Source: Mobula hypostoma (taxonomy: Eukaryota). From it: DNA of 64,000 nucleotides. This document shows, piece by piece, positions 62,519 to 64,000 of this stretch. The translations under genes and the position numbers were made by a program. Location of the stretch: assembly GCF_963921235.1 (NCBI RefSeq), contig NC_086107.1:109742001-109806000 (forward strand). The letters are read 5' to 3'. Every line of letters starts with the position of its first letter. Within the stretch, counting starts at the first letter, position 1. The notes under the pieces are model-generated. The model made no database searches, was not told the DNA's origin, and saw only the letters and a list, made by a program, of their open reading frames with translations.

Positions 62519-62640
62519 CCGGACCATGATCATCTTCTTGTTCCAGGGCCTACCATCGGGATCAGGCCAAAGCTCTCCAAAGCACAACCAAATCGTGTAC
62601 TGCGGAGAGCCGCCGGTGGAGTTCACAAAGTCATGGAGCT
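62519..62640 (-). CDS. IRF3: IRF3 penultimate coding exon (IRF association domain)
   Basis: Minus strand cttcctctgcag| ... |gtaagt; 122 bp, [41 protein letters not shown], similar to IRF3 GRSPRYALWFCVGESWP..PWTKRLVMVK; tail-to-tail with SCAF1 as in human. Confidence 0.88.
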
Positions 62641-63382
62641 CTGCAGAGGAAGAGTAGAATTTAGTCATTCAATCCGGGCCGCCAGTGGCTTTAAACATCT
62701 TTCAAATCTGCTGAAGTAGGTGTGGGTCCCCTTCCTGGACAACTGCTCTCTGCCTGGTGAAGGTGGTCCCAGGCTAGCTGGGAGGAAACACCAGAATTTA
62801 CACCGGTAACAATGAGAGACCAGAAATATACTCAGACACCACTTTATAAGGTACACCTGATCCCAGGAGATCAGCAGTTTCTGAGATACTCAAACCACCC
62901 CATCTGGCACCGACAATCATCTCACAGTCAAAGTCACAAAGATCACGTATCTTCCCCATTCTGATGTTTGGTCTGAACAACAACTGAACCTCTTGACCAT
63001 GTTGGCATGCTTTCACGCACTGAGTTGCTGCCACATGATTGGCTGATTAGTTATTTGCAACAACGAGCAGGTGTACCTAATAAAGTGGCCACCGGGCGTA
63101 TGTTCGAATTGCACTGTATTTTGTAGGTGGAACACAAAGCTGACACAAGAGTGGGGTGAGTGAATTCTGATGGTGGTGAATGAGGTACCAATCAACAGAA
63201 CGTCTCTGTCTGAGGTGGTTCTGTTTGTCCCAGGGTTATTGGAGTTGTGTTCACCCAGGTAAGTAGAAATTATCCTGCTTCACAGCTGGCCTGAAATGGA
63301 CTTCATCAAGCAGTCCTTAGGCTGTAACCTGAAACTGAAGGTGGGCACTCGAATATGGTTCATGTACCCAATGCTCTAGATG

Positions 63383-63685
63383 GTGGGATGGAGATACGTC
63401 TCACCAATGGAGGTGTAAGGCACTCCTTCCCTCCGCTAGCCTCCACCTGCTTAGCCCCCCAATCAGGGTCACGTCAAGCCATGGGAGCAGGTGGTGGATG
63501 GTCGTATGAGCAACCGGTGCAGATCACAAGTCCTGGTTATGCGACCGCTGACGCCAGGCAGACAATCTCTGAAGAGTATTGATAATGGCTGGGGTCACCC
63601 GATTTGTAAAGACACCGTCCAGAACGAGGCAATGGCATATCACTACTGTAGAAAAATTTGCCAAGAACGATCATGGTCATGGAAA
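63383..63685 (+). mobile_element. probable SINE with RTE/BovB-like 3' portion
   Basis: ggcaatggcatatcactactgtagaaaaatttgccaagaa resembles the BovB/RTE 3' motif gaaatggcaaaccactccagtat..ttgccaagaa (from recall). Confidence 0.45.
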
Positions 63686-64000
63686 GGCGCCGTATTGCAC
63701 AGCTGATAACGAGCGAATAAACCCAACGTTACCCATTTCACAACATACAGCCTACTGGCTTGCAGCTAAGGGAATCCGGCCTGAGTTACACACACAAAAT
63801 GCCGGAGGAAATCAGCAGGTCAGGGAGCATCTACAGAAAAGAATAAACAGTTAACCATTTGGGCCGAGACCCCTCTTCAGGACAGGAAAGGAAGGGGAAG
63901 ACACCAGAATGAAATGGTGGGAAAGGGGAAGGAGGACAAGCTAGGAGATGCAGGTGAAGCCAGGAGGGTGGGAAAGGTAAAGGGCGGGAGACAAAGGAAT

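Noticed and set aside
61298..62640. Assignment to IRF7
   Set aside because: GASSL, the WxCxGExWP..PW pattern and linkage to SCAF1 fit IRF3 better. Not fully excluded from two exons alone.
62665..62856. 63-aa minus ORF as a further IRF3 exon
   Set aside because: No IRF similarity, it starts inside a Tc1 MITE end, and I found no suitable donor with room for an intron before 62640.

Overview
Repeat-rich vertebrate genomic DNA. The mix of CR1, Rex1/Babar, V-SINE, Penelope-derived and Tc1 repeats suggests a cartilaginous fish, probably a ray (inference). Two protein-coding genes lie tail-to-tail. On the + strand are ten phase-compatible GT-AG exons of SCAF1 (3546-46756), including a 4038-bp RS-rich exon and the C-terminal Pol II CTD-binding region. 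The start codon is probably upstream of the window, and a ~2.4-kb repeat-free 3'UTR follows. On the - strand are the last two coding exons of IRF3 (62519-62640, 61298-61450). Introns and intergenic DNA are mostly transposon remnants, several deeply nested. The most notable non-coding signal is a dispersed Penelope-type repeat carrying a minimal type-I hammerhead ribozyme motif (about 14 decayed copies, one a 132-bp TSD-flanked insert that starts at the ribozyme). A second, different hammerhead sits in an inverted-pLTR Penelope remnant. Also present: a truncated U2 snRNA copy, a young CR1 with a perfect 14-bp TSD, a palindromic hAT MITE next to an exon, and a tandem repeat that builds the last SCAF1 splice acceptor. 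Repeat boundaries are approximate unless TIRs or TSDs are quoted; family names and comparisons with human proteins come from recall, not database searches.
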